DNA from: Candidatus Doudnabacteria bacterium RIFCSPHIGHO2_12_FULL_48_16
GTDB taxonomy: Bacteria; Patescibacteriota; Doudnabacteria; UBA920; O2-02-FULL-48-8
DNA length: 64,000 bases
Direction: 5' to 3'
NCBI GenBank assembly: GCA_001780035.1
Contig: MFEY01000004.1
Span: forward strand, 10,399-74,398
A model generated the notes under the pieces. It searched no databases. It was given only the letters and a program-made list of their open reading frames with translations, and was not told the origin of the DNA. The position numbers and the translations under genes are program-made. Within the stretch, counting starts at the first letter, position 1. Every line of letters starts with the position of its first letter. Shown piece by piece: positions 27,230 to 36,073 of the stretch.

Positions 27230-28279
27230 CTATTTTAAATATTTCACCTTGTTGGCGTTATGCTCAGCCAAAGTTTTGGCAAAATAAGCCGTGCCCTCCG
27301 GCGCATTGAGAAAATAGAAATAATCCGACTCGGCCGGAAAAATCGCGGCCCGGATCGAACCAATCCCGGGGTTAGAAATGGGCGTCGGTGGCAAGCCTTT
27401 GACCTGATAAGTATTGTAAGGCGACTTAATTTTAGTGTCTGCAATGGTCACTGAACGGTCGGCTTTGCCCGTAATGTAATTAACTGTGGCATCGGATTCC
27501 AGGCCCATACCGATGCGGAGGCGGTTATAAAACACCGAGGCCACGAGTTCGCGTTCCTTCTGCATGAGGACCAGATCATTCTGGCTAATCACTTCCTTGT
27601 TGCGGCCGACTTCCTTCTCAATGATGGAAGCGACAATTAACTGATCCCCAGAGAGCGCTTGATTGCCCAACTTAACTTCGAAATTCCTAAGCATCTTCTC
27701 AATCAAATCCTGGGGCAAATCAGTTTTACCTATCTTATAAGTGTCCGGATACAAAAAACCTTGGTAATTGAACTTGAGCCCAAGTTGAGAAAACTTGGTA
27801 TTAAAATCGTCGCGGGTCAACGCATGCTGAAAATCCACTTCCGCAAAGACATTTTTCTGCGCCAGGTTGCGGGCAATTTGGTCATTGGTCCAGCCTTCAA
27901 TAATCGTCACGCTCCGATCCGACGGAATGACGCGGCCGTGCGTGATTACGTCCACGATTTCGGCAATGCTCATATTGCGATCCAGCTGATACTGACCGGC
28001 CTGAATTTTGGCCGCCGCATGATTGATGTAAGTGTAAGCCCAAAAGATCACTGGGCTGCCGATTAATTTTTGCGCGGTTAAGTCCCTACCGATCCTCTGG
28101 GCGGTCGCGCCCGGTTTGATCTCAAACGCCACCGGATAACTGTCCGAGCTTTGGGCATGATGGACCTTGGTTAAATAAATGGCGACCAAGACCAAAACAG
28201 CCGCCAAGCCCAAGCCGGCGGCCAGGCTGGCGATTTTGATTCGGCTTTTATTTGGCTTTTGGACGGAATAATCTTCCAT
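27230..28279 (-). CDS. mltG: Endolytic transglycosylase MltG
   Basis: TIIEGW, GFLYPDTY, ASIIEKE, VFYNRL, SPYNTY..GLPPTPISNPG. Confidence 0.96.
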   Translation of the reverse strand: MEDYSVQKPNKSRIKIASLAAGLGLAAVLVLVAIYLTKVHHAQSSDSYPVAFEIKPGATAQRIGRDLTAQKLIGSPVIFWAYTYINHAAAKIQAGQYQLDRNMSIAEIVDVITHGRVIPSDRSVTIIEGWTNDQIARNLAQKNVFAEVDFQHALTRDDFNTKFSQLGLKFNYQGFLYPDTYKIGKTDLPQDLIEKMLRNFEVKLGNQALSGDQLIVASIIEKEVGRNKEVISQNDLVLMQKERELVASVFYNRLRIGMGLESDATVNYITGKADRSVTIADTKIKSPYNTYQVKGLPPTPISNPGIGSIRAAIFPAESDYFYFLNAPEGTAYFAKTLAEHNANKVKYLK

Positions 28280-28346
28280 ATGGCTATTATGGCAAATTAA
28301 AATCCCGGCTTCAACCGGGTTCTTGATTCTAGATTCTTGATTCTGT

Positions 28347-28826
28347 TTATTGGCGTAGACTGACGCGCTCCTCCCGGCTGCCGAACAGCTGCACCACCAC
28401 GGTCGTGCCGTTGGAGTTGACGGTCGCTAAGCCGACCTCGGAATAAAAAGGCGACAGGATATTGGCCCGATGCGAGCTTGAGGCCATGAGCGATGATTCG
28501 AGTTCCAAAGGATCAGTAAACCCTAGGGCTAAATTTTCCCCGGCATACGCGTAATCGTAGCCGAGGGCCTTGAACCAATGCCAGGGCTCAATGCCTTGCG
28601 GCGAAGTGTGCGCAAAATATTTATTGGCGGCCATATCCTGGGCCTTGGCCAGAGCAGCCAGATTCAGAGTCGGGTTAATTTCAAGAGCCGCCAAACCGCG
28701 GCTTTGGCGGTCGTGGTTGAGGGTATTCAAAATATCGCCAATGGCCAAAGTTTGGGGCGACAAACTCGAGCCGGAAAGCGCGAATAAACCCAAAATTAGC
28801 AAGCCTAAACGCAATTTAAAAGCCAT
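28347..28826 (-). CDS. CAP (SCP) domain protein
   Basis: KAQDMAANKYFAHTSP, AGENLA, SSHRANIL. Confidence 0.92.
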   Translation of the reverse strand: MAFKLRLGLLILGLFALSGSSLSPQTLAIGDILNTLNHDRQSRGLAALEINPTLNLAALAKAQDMAANKYFAHTSPQGIEPWHWFKALGYDYAYAGENLALGFTDPLELESSLMASSSHRANILSPFYSEVGLATVNSNGTTVVVQLFGSREERVSLRQ

Positions 28827-28836
28827 TTGTATTTTT

Positions 28837-28935
28837 ACCCCGTTAGAGATAACCAGTTTAGTATCTACACCGGGTGTTTATTTATCACTAAGTCATTGAT
28901 TAAATGCCGCTTTTGCAGATAATCTCTAACGGGGT
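28837..28935. mobile_element. MITE-like element, variant TIR ACCCCGTTAGAGAT (copy C)
   Basis: 14-bp perfect IR at 28837-28850 and 28922-28935. Confidence 0.75.
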
Positions 28936-29137
28936 GAATTTTTGTTTTGTTTTTGTTTCGACAGTTGTCTTTTGTGACAGAGAGATTCTCTGTAAACTTT
29001 CTACTTATATTATAGCATATATTACTCCGACGCGCAAGACCTTTCAAGAATCTTTCTTAAGTCTTGTAGTCGGAGCCCCGATTTCATTAAAAATATTAAT
29101 AGCAGACGTCGGGGTAGCAAATTTTTCGGCATCCGTC

Positions 29138-29161
29138 AACCTGCCTGCCGGCAGGCAGGTT
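29138..29161. repeat. Perfect palindrome CCTGCCTGCCGGCAGGCAGG
   Basis: Identical 20-bp core at 29935-29954 and 59653-59672. Confidence 0.9.
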
Positions 29162-29228
29162 AAAAAAACAGCCGCTGGTGTGCGGCTGCTTGATTTTTGA
29201 TGAAAACTGGAAAGAACTATAAAAAGTT

Positions 29229-29918
29229 TTAGGATTTGATGTCTTTTTCAATCATATCCAAAACCTTGGATGCGTGCTCCTTACCACCGAGGCCAAATGC
29301 GAGTCCGCCGGCAATTGCCAGCATGGCAATAATGCCGGTAAACAACGTTTGGACGAACGGCTGAGCAACTCCGAGCTGGTCTAAGGTCGCAAGAACCGTA
29401 AAGACCATAACTGCCCATTGGGTAATTGAACCCAAAAGATCAGCGGAGTGAAGACCGGCAGCTTTGACGCTGTGGCGGACCAGGCGGGCCAAGAATTGAG
29501 CCACCATGGTGCCGATCAGCATAATACCAGCTGCGGCAATCACCATCGGAATATAAGCCAGCACGCTGTTTAAGAACGCGGAAATTTGGGTGAGGCCGAG
29601 TATGTCTGCCGCAGCCAAGAAGATAGCTACGAGCAGGAACCATTTAACCAGCCAGGCCACCGTGCCGGAGACACTCATTCTGACCCCAGTGCGGGCGGAC
29701 AATTCGTCCAGACCCAGCTTGTCGCCGACTTCATCGAGTTTGAGCGAGTTGAGAACTTGTTTGACAAGTTTGGCCACAAACACGGCCACAACCCAGCCCA
29801 CGATCAGGATGATAACTGCGACCAGGAATTCCGGCAGAAATCCGATCAGGCGACTATAAAGAGCCTGAAGTGACGTGGTCACTGCCGAAGAATAAGCGTT
29901 ACCATAATAAGTTGACAT
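29229..29918 (-). CDS. TM-helix repeat protein (MscS N-terminal / CmpX-like)
   Basis: Two 'LP...AV.IL.VG' repeats; AGGLAFGLGGKE; SD AGGGGGTG. Confidence 0.85.
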   Translation of the reverse strand: MSTYYGNAYSSAVTTSLQALYSRLIGFLPEFLVAVIILIVGWVVAVFVAKLVKQVLNSLKLDEVGDKLGLDELSARTGVRMSVSGTVAWLVKWFLLVAIFLAAADILGLTQISAFLNSVLAYIPMVIAAAGIMLIGTMVAQFLARLVRHSVKAAGLHSADLLGSITQWAVMVFTVLATLDQLGVAQPFVQTLFTGIIAMLAIAGGLAFGLGGKEHASKVLDMIEKDIKS

Positions 29919-29934
29919 TGAATTCACCCCCTTC

Positions 29935-29954
29935 CCTGCCTGCCGGCAGGCAGG
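29935..29954. repeat. Perfect palindrome CCTGCCTGCCGGCAGGCAGG
   Basis: Second copy of the 20-bp palindrome. Confidence 0.9.
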
Positions 29955-30030
29955 CGCTTCCCTCAGCGCCTTATGCGACAGGATATCCGATCAAATGATC
30001 GAACTCGACCTAGTTAATTTTCCAATTCAC

Positions 30031-30129
30031 CCCCCACACCAGAAAACAGTGCGATGGATGCCCCAGACTTCACCAGTCTAGAAAAATATCTTAAAACGAA
30101 AACATTTTTCACGACTTGTGGTGTGGGGG
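30031..30129. mobile_element. MITE-like element with TIR CCCCCACACCA
   Basis: 11-bp perfect IR at 30031-30041 and 30119-30129. Confidence 0.6.
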
Positions 30130-30150
30130 TTAACTTGGAATCAAAGTTAA

Positions 30151-30357
30151 TTAGACGCGATCCGAATGGTCCGAATTTTCATCCGAATTACCCGAATAAC
30201 TGCTGTTTAAAACTCTTTTCGGCTTCAGATAAGCTGCTCTGAAATTTATTATTAAGCCAAGTTCCGCATTAGCCGCCCGGAGATATCTTTGCATGCATAC
30301 CTGGAAACAAATGCCGGTTATTTGATAAGACTCTTTGGGAAATATTATTCGTGGCAT
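30151..30357 (-). pseudogene. Internally deleted GxxExxY-family gene
   Basis: N-terminus IIFPKESYQITGICFQV fused directly to C-terminus QRYLRAANAELGLIINF...KRV; namesake motif absent. Confidence 0.75.
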
Positions 30358-30544
30358 TCGGATGCATTCGTGGATTAGGATCGCGTTTATATCCAGGAAT
30401 CACGATAAGCAAGACAAAAAGACCAAGGCCCGAAATATCGGTTTTACTTGGCAAATCGACAATTGAGCTTGTCTTTTGTTTCCATCAAATTTTATCGTTA
30501 TATATATTATAGCACATTTTGGAATCGCCGTCAATGAGCCAATA

Positions 30545-30588
30545 AAAAACGGGTCAACGGTAAGCTTTGTCATGCTTTCCGTTGACCC
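30545..30588 (-). terminator. Intrinsic terminator of the purD-like gene
   Basis: GGGTCAACGG..AGC / GCT..CCGTTGACCC hairpin followed by a T tract. Confidence 0.8.
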
Positions 30589-30592
30589 CACG

Positions 30593-32092
30593 TCAGATGG
30601 CGAACAGGCGTTCGGCGATCCCGAAGTGGATGCCGACGTCGTCCCTCACCGTCAGCCGGTTACCCTGAGGATCTTCGCCGGTGCCGCACGGAATCGTGCG
30701 GACCTTACCATCGGCGAACATGCGGTAGAGCTTGTCGCGCAGCGCGTCAGCGACCTGGCCCCGGTTCTCTCCCGGCTTGACGGTCGCGTTGCCGATCAGA
30801 TACGCGACACGCGTGCCATCCGAGATGAAGGTCCCATCCTTGTAGCCCATCCCCGCCGGCAGCAGGGTCACGTTGTTCTTCTTGAGCCCCTTGAGATCAA
30901 GCATCATCGGCTCGCCCGGCTTGTGGCGCCAAGGGTAGCCTTTGTATTCCCCGCCCGGGCCGGGACCGGTGACGAGCGCGATAGTCATCGCGATCTGGTC
31001 ATCCCTCACATCCGGCTTGACCTCGTCGAGGTGCCCTTCGAACATCGCCATGATCAGCTGGCCGAAGTTGCGCACGAGGCGCAGCATGACCTGGAACTCC
31101 GGTTCGGGCGGCCGAATGTTGATCTCGCAGACGCGAATCGACGCCGGCTTGCCGAACTCGTTGAAGAACACCATGCATCCCGGATACAGGATGCAGGGCC
31201 GCAGGATGCCGCGGCGCCTCATCTCCTCGATCAACGGCCGGAAAACTTGCTTTACCGCCATCTCGAGCAGTTCCTGAGAATGCACGGGGTGCGGCCCCAG
31301 GCTCGCCATGCCACCGGTCACCGGATTGTTCCGGCTGATCTGACCGGCGAACCGGCCCTGGTAGTCCATGGCCGTGGGCAGGATCTGGAAGTTGCCGTGC
31401 ACGTCGACGAGGGCAGTGAAGCTGACCTCGATTCCCGCCATGTAGGACTCCATGAGCAGGGGCCAGGGAAGACCCGGCCCAAGCAACTTCCTGTAGGACT
31501 CGGCGTAATCTGCCATCAGCGTCTCGTAGACTTCGCGGATCTCCCACGGGCTGCCGATGAACCGCGCGCCTTTGCCCGCCGCCTGGAACGGATACTTCGC
31601 ATAGGCGCCGCCGTGCTGTTCCAGGTATCGCAGACACGCTCTGAGAAACGGCTGGTAATGCCTGGCTTCGATCGCAACCCAGTCGGGAGCCACCGGCACC
31701 CGCGCCGAAGCGCAGAGTTGTTTGCATGTTACCTTGTCGCCCTCGATGAATGAAGCCGCCGCGGTCAGGCCGGCGACCCGGTCCCCGAACCCCGCTTCGG
31801 TCATCCGATCCACGAAGCCGTCGATCTGCAGGGCTTCCGGCATCGGCACCACGTAGTCGATTTCGTCGTCTGACAGCGCGCGCAGCACACGCGCGGCGTA
31901 ATCCTGCACCGAGGAACCTCCCGGCACCTCGAGGAAATCAACTGGCCAGCCAGCCAGTTCGGCATAGGGCTTCATTGCGGGCATGCCACGAATCACCACT
32001 CCCTGGAACTCGCCTTTCTCGCCGCTACGGCTGACAGTCAGTGCCGAAAGAAACGTGCGGGCGTCAGAGCCTGCAAATCCGATTCGCTTCAT
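30593..32092 (-). CDS. purD: Divergent phosphoribosylamine-glycine ligase (ATP-grasp)
   Basis: IEGDK, AAGKG, GIEVSF, PVTGGMAS, EINIR..EPE, SDGTRV; next to purN; GC-rich; SD AAGGAG. Confidence 0.8.
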   Translation of the reverse strand: MKRIGFAGSDARTFLSALTVSRSGEKGEFQGVVIRGMPAMKPYAELAGWPVDFLEVPGGSSVQDYAARVLRALSDDEIDYVVPMPEALQIDGFVDRMTEAGFGDRVAGLTAAASFIEGDKVTCKQLCASARVPVAPDWVAIEARHYQPFLRACLRYLEQHGGAYAKYPFQAAGKGARFIGSPWEIREVYETLMADYAESYRKLLGPGLPWPLLMESYMAGIEVSFTALVDVHGNFQILPTAMDYQGRFAGQISRNNPVTGGMASLGPHPVHSQELLEMAVKQVFRPLIEEMRRRGILRPCILYPGCMVFFNEFGKPASIRVCEINIRPPEPEFQVMLRLVRNFGQLIMAMFEGHLDEVKPDVRDDQIAMTIALVTGPGPGGEYKGYPWRHKPGEPMMLDLKGLKKNNVTLLPAGMGYKDGTFISDGTRVAYLIGNATVKPGENRGQVADALRDKLYRMFADGKVRTIPCGTGEDPQGNRLTVRDDVGIHFGIAERLFAI

Positions 32093-32134
32093 GGGTCCAC
32101 TCTCCTTCTAAAAATCCCCCTGCAACTTGATTTC

Positions 32135-32172
32135 ATAGCTTATCACTTTGTCCGCGCTTGGGCAAATAAAAA
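32135..32172 (-). promoter_or_regulatory. Sigma70-type promoter, copy 1 of a 38-bp perfect direct repeat
   Basis: TTGCCC-17-TAAGCT with TG extension; identical to 33000-33037. Confidence 0.85.
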
Positions 32173-32228
32173 ACGTCAACGGAAGCCTCCCAACTTCCGC
32201 TGACGTATCGTGAGAAAACAGGCCTCGT

Positions 32229-32963
32229 CTACCCCTTCGGGAAGATATGCCGGGCGCAGCGCTTGATCTGGTCGAGTAGCGCCGCTTCGTGGGGGAGAAC
32301 CAGATCGTCGTCGAACTTGATCTCCTGCACGCGGTTCTCCGAGAATGCCCGAAGGGTTCTGATCTGCACCTCGTGCTCGAACGGCAGGAGGCGCGCGGCC
32401 AGAGTCTCGGGATCATCGGTCTTGATCTCGATCGAGGATCGGGCGTAGTCGAGCACCGCGCCCTCGTCGAATTCCACCGTGACCCGCTGAGCCACGGCTT
32501 CGGTCCAGAAGTTGCGCTGCATCTCGCGCACGAATGCCAAGCGCGCGCAATGGGTCTGCCGGCCGTGCAGCTTGCCGAAGTCAGGCCGGCCGGGACGGAT
32601 CGGGCCGGCGTGCTGATTGACTGCCATGCCCGCAAACGCTTCGATGAGATTGGCTGGCGTCCTGGGGATCCAGCCATACTGGCCCCAAAAATCAGCGCCA
32701 CACCGCCGCGTGATCCGCAACAGTTCTTCGCCGTAGGCTTCGGGCGAGGAGAATTCCGACTTCTTGACCACGAAGATGTCCCTGCCCATCTCGAGCCCAT
32801 GCGCCTCGGCCTTCATGATCGCGCCGATCCCGTCCGTGCTCGCGATCACGCACGCCGGTTCAACGTAAGGCAGACGGCTATCCTTAGTTGCCTGCAGGAT
32901 CTGGTTCATGGTCGTGCCGCCGCCGGATACCGCGAGCGCCACCCGTAACTTATTTCCTCTCAC
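32229..32963 (-). CDS. purN: Phosphoribosylglycinamide formyltransferase-like protein
   Basis: AVSGGGTTM, VNQHAG, FDEGAV, PETLAARLLPFEH; GTG start after AGGGGG. Confidence 0.8.
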   Translation of the reverse strand: MRGNKLRVALAVSGGGTTMNQILQATKDSRLPYVEPACVIASTDGIGAIMKAEAHGLEMGRDIFVVKKSEFSSPEAYGEELLRITRRCGADFWGQYGWIPRTPANLIEAFAGMAVNQHAGPIRPGRPDFGKLHGRQTHCARLAFVREMQRNFWTEAVAQRVTVEFDEGAVLDYARSSIEIKTDDPETLAARLLPFEHEVQIRTLRAFSENRVQEIKFDDDLVLPHEAALLDQIKRCARHIFPKG

Positions 32964-32999
32964 ACGTCCCCCTTTGAGAATAATAAAAAGGACTTCCAG

Positions 33000-33037
33000 A
33001 TAGCTTATCACTTTGTCCGCGCTTGGGCAAATAAAAA
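33000..33037 (-). promoter_or_regulatory. Sigma70-type promoter, copy 2 of the 38-bp perfect direct repeat
   Basis: Identical to 32135-32172. Confidence 0.85.
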
Positions 33038-33098
33038 CACCGCTTGATGAGGGCGGAGTTTTTAGGTTTGAATTCTGGTTTAACCCGTCTGACGGGTT

Positions 33099-33383
33099 TT
33101 AGAGAATCGCGTCTTTGGCAGCTTTGGCTACCCGGAACTTCACGACCGTCTTAGCGGCAATCTTGATCGATTCGCCGGTGGCGGGGTTGCGGCCCATGCG
33201 GGCATCGCGGTGCTTTTTGAGCAGCTTGCCCAAACCCGGGATGGTGAACTCACCATTGTTCTTAGCTTCGCTGTAAGCCAGATTGGCAATAGCTTCCAGC
33301 ATTTCGCCGACCTCTTTGCGGGTCTTGCCGGTCTTTTCGGCAAGCGCGTTGAGGGTTTCGGACTTGGTCATACCTTTGGCCAT
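33099..33383 (-). CDS. hup: HU family DNA-binding protein
   Basis: MTKSE, IPGLGK, ARMGRNPATGESIKIAAK..VKF. Confidence 0.95.
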   Translation of the reverse strand: MAKGMTKSETLNALAEKTGKTRKEVGEMLEAIANLAYSEAKNNGEFTIPGLGKLLKKHRDARMGRNPATGESIKIAAKTVVKFRVAKAAKDAIL

Positions 33384-33513
33384 AAGGATACCCTTTCTTA
33401 AATTTTACCCCTACACCACGGCTTGGCGTGAGGGCTTATTAACAATACGTAAACCAGTATAGCAAATCCCCAATGTTTCGGCTAGTCTTTGTCAAGATTC
33501 TCAGCAAGGGGGG

Positions 33514-35262
33514 CTATTTGCTAAACCCGCCGGCTTGAATCTGCCAGAGTTTTTGGTAAACGCCCTGGCGGGCCTTCAGAAGCTCCGCGTGCTTGCCTTC
33601 TTCCACGATTTGGCCTTTTTTGATGACCACGATCCGATCCATCTGCATGATCGTGCTTAAGCGGTGCGCGATTGAGATAGTGGTCTTGCCTTCGATCAAA
33701 TGCTTGAGCGCGTCCTGAATCAGCAATTCGGATTCCGAATCCAGGCTCGAGGTGGCTTCATCCAGAACCAGGATCGGCGCATCCTTAAGAATTGCCCGCG
33801 CGATCGCCACGCGCTGGCGTTCCCCGCCGGAAAGCTTCACACCACGCTCGCCAACAAAGGTATTGTAGCCGTCCGGGAAAGAAGTAATGAACTCGTGAGC
33901 GTGGGCGAGCCGGGCGGCTTCGTATATTTCTTCTTCGGACGCATTCGGCCGCGCGTAAGCGATGTTGTCATAGAGCGACCGATGAAACAGGATCGGATCC
34001 TGCGGCACGAGCGCGATCTGGTCGCGCAAGCTGTCCTGCGTAACTTTCGAAATATCCTGACCGTCGATCAGGATCGCGCCTTCCTGAATGTCGAAAAATC
34101 GCAGCAGCAATTTGACGATCGTGGTTTTGCCGCCGCCCGACGGGCCAATCAGGGCCACCCGCTCCCCCGGCGCAATCGTCAGATTGAAATCGCCAAAGAC
34201 TTTGCGCTTGCCGCTGTAATTGAAGCTGATGTGGTTGAAATTAATCTGGCCTTTGGCCACGCGTAGGGGCTGGGCCTGCGGCGCATCCTGAATTTCATGC
34301 GGCGCGGTCAGAATCTCGGTCATCTCTTCCGCATCGCCCAAGCGCGAATAGATATTTTTTATCTGCCGGCCCAGATCCCACAACCGCTGGAACATTTGGA
34401 TCATATAACCTTGCAACAGGGCAAAATCGCCCAAAGTCAAACCACCCTGTTTCCAGCTTTTGACCGCCAAAGTCAGAATGGTAAATTCCAAAATGGCAAA
34501 CAAAGCCCCTTGGATAGCCTCGTTGATCGAACCCAAATCCCAAGTCCACTTCCTGACCAGATATTGCTTCAGGGTCAGGCGGCTAAACGATTTCGATTCC
34601 CTGCTCAAGCCCCCGAACAATTTCACATTGATGTTGTTGGTCACCGTATCCGCCAGGCGGCCGCCGACTTCCGTATCCAGTTCCGCGCTGGTCACGTCAT
34701 ATTTCAATTTGTATAGAGCGAACCAAACCGTGAACGCCACAAACACCGCCGACCAGATCAAAACGACCAGGGCAAAAATCGGCTTCAGGAAATATAAAAC
34801 CGCGGCGATGATGATGATCTTGATTGCCGTTGGCATCAGGCTCCAGTAGATCTGGTCCGTGATGTCCTCGAAGGCCCGCTCGTATCGGCCGATTTTTTTG
34901 ACCAGGCTGCCGGCAAAGTTATTGCTGAAGAAATTGAATGAGTGCCGGTGCAGATAATTGAAACAGGTATTGAGCAGATCCCGCATGATGCTGGGCTGAA
35001 AAACGTTGTTGACGAATGTCGCCAACCGCCAAAACAGCCAGGCCACCGCGGCAGCGGCCAGGATCTTGGTCACCACCATCAGAATCGGCGCCACCGGAGC
35101 GTTAGCCGCCAACAGGTTGAACAATTGCTTATAAAAATACGGGCCAAAGGATTCGGCCGCCGTTGCCCCGAGCAGGCCGATGGTCAATAGCAAAATCAGC
35201 CCAGGATAGCGCCGGGCATGCTGCCAAAATATTCGAAATGTCTGTTTACTCTTGAAATCCAT
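33514..35262 (-). CDS. ABC exporter, fused permease and ATPase
   Basis: 6-TM domain, GPSGGGKT, LSGGERQR, LVLDEATS, IAHRLST. Confidence 0.95.
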   Translation of the reverse strand: MDFKSKQTFRIFWQHARRYPGLILLLTIGLLGATAAESFGPYFYKQLFNLLAANAPVAPILMVVTKILAAAAVAWLFWRLATFVNNVFQPSIMRDLLNTCFNYLHRHSFNFFSNNFAGSLVKKIGRYERAFEDITDQIYWSLMPTAIKIIIIAAVLYFLKPIFALVVLIWSAVFVAFTVWFALYKLKYDVTSAELDTEVGGRLADTVTNNINVKLFGGLSRESKSFSRLTLKQYLVRKWTWDLGSINEAIQGALFAILEFTILTLAVKSWKQGGLTLGDFALLQGYMIQMFQRLWDLGRQIKNIYSRLGDAEEMTEILTAPHEIQDAPQAQPLRVAKGQINFNHISFNYSGKRKVFGDFNLTIAPGERVALIGPSGGGKTTIVKLLLRFFDIQEGAILIDGQDISKVTQDSLRDQIALVPQDPILFHRSLYDNIAYARPNASEEEIYEAARLAHAHEFITSFPDGYNTFVGERGVKLSGGERQRVAIARAILKDAPILVLDEATSSLDSESELLIQDALKHLIEGKTTISIAHRLSTIMQMDRIVVIKKGQIVEEGKHAELLKARQGVYQKLWQIQAGGFSK

Positions 35263-35384
35263 AAATATAAGCAAGCCAAATAAAGCCTGCTCCACTTAAT
35301 AAGACGTGTTTGCTTGCGCTTTGTTTCAAAATGGAACAATATTGAAACTTTTGCCGATTTTTGTTATAGTATCCAAGCAGTTTG

Positions 35385-35460
35385 GCCCAGATAGCTCAGC
35401 TGGTAGAGCAGCTCCATGGTAAGGAGCAGGTCAGCGGTTCAAATCCGCTTCTGGGCTCCA
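35385..35460 (+). tRNA. tRNA-Thr(GGT)
   Basis: GCCCAGA acceptor stem, anticodon arm GCTCC-ATGGTAA-GGAGC, ends TCCA. Confidence 0.96.
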
Positions 35461-35503
35461 GAAACGCCTGACGTTTCCAGAGAATTAATTCTAGCAATAA
35501 TAT

Positions 35504-35659
35504 ATGTCTCAGGACAGCCGAATCTCGATGGAGTGCACTATTTGCCACCATGTCAATTATGATTCCCGCAAGAACAAAAAATTGACCCCGAACCGCTTGG
35601 TAATCGAAAAATTCTGCAAGTGGTGCAAGAAACACACTCAACACAAAGAAACTAAGTGA
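35504..35659 (+). CDS. rpmG: 50S ribosomal protein L33, zinc-binding form (not in ORF track)
   Basis: MSQDSRISMECTICHHVNYDSRKNKK...RLVIEKFCKWCKKHTQHKETK*. Confidence 0.95.
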   Translation: MSQDSRISMECTICHHVNYDSRKNKKLTPNRLVIEKFCKWCKKHTQHKETK

Positions 35660-35678
35660 TTAGTTTCTTTTCGGATAC

Positions 35679-35752
35679 GGGGGCGTGGTGAAGTGGTATC
35701 ACAAGGGTCTCCAAAACCTTTGTCGGGGGTTCGATTCCCTCCGCCCCTGCCA
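35679..35752 (+). tRNA. tRNA-Trp(CCA)
   Basis: Anticodon arm AGGGT-CTCCAAA-ACCTT, GGTTCGATT T-loop, ends GCCA. Confidence 0.96.
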
Positions 35753-35843
35753 ATAAAAATTCTATCGAGTTACCGAGAAGGCTTAGATAATATTCGAGAC
35801 CAAAAACACAGCTTATGCGACTCGTGTTTTTTGTTTGTACTAT

Positions 35844-36026
35844 TTACGCAATCAGTCTGACGGCTTTTTCCTTGAAAGCCAGTCTTGATTTTAGACAACT
35901 GAGGATGTTGCATTTCTCGACGCTACTGCCATGTTGGAGCACGTACTTGGTGTAGTTTTTCAGTTCAACATCCTTGACCTGGATTTTGTCTTTATTGTTC
36001 GAGCTTCGCAGAAAATCATTAAAATG
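35844..36026 (-). pseudogene. 3' gene remnant resembling a CPR large serine recombinase C-terminus
   Basis: Startless frame ...VKDVELKNYTKYVLQHGSSVEKCNILSCLKSRLAFKEKAVRLIA* convergent on tRNA-Trp; family assignment is from recollection. Confidence 0.55.
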
Positions 36027-36073
36027 CTAAAATATTAGTAAATGATTAACTTTTGGAAATAGAATAATAAAAT

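Noticed and set aside
30476-31753. 425-aa plus-strand ORF (also 48285-49055 and 22226-23020)
   Set aside because: Antisense shadows of GC-rich genes that carry clear family motifs on the other strand
35679-35752. Alternative genetic code (UGA recoding)
   Set aside because: Conserved genes end normally at TGA (rpmG, prfA, rsmH) and long ORFs are intact under code 11
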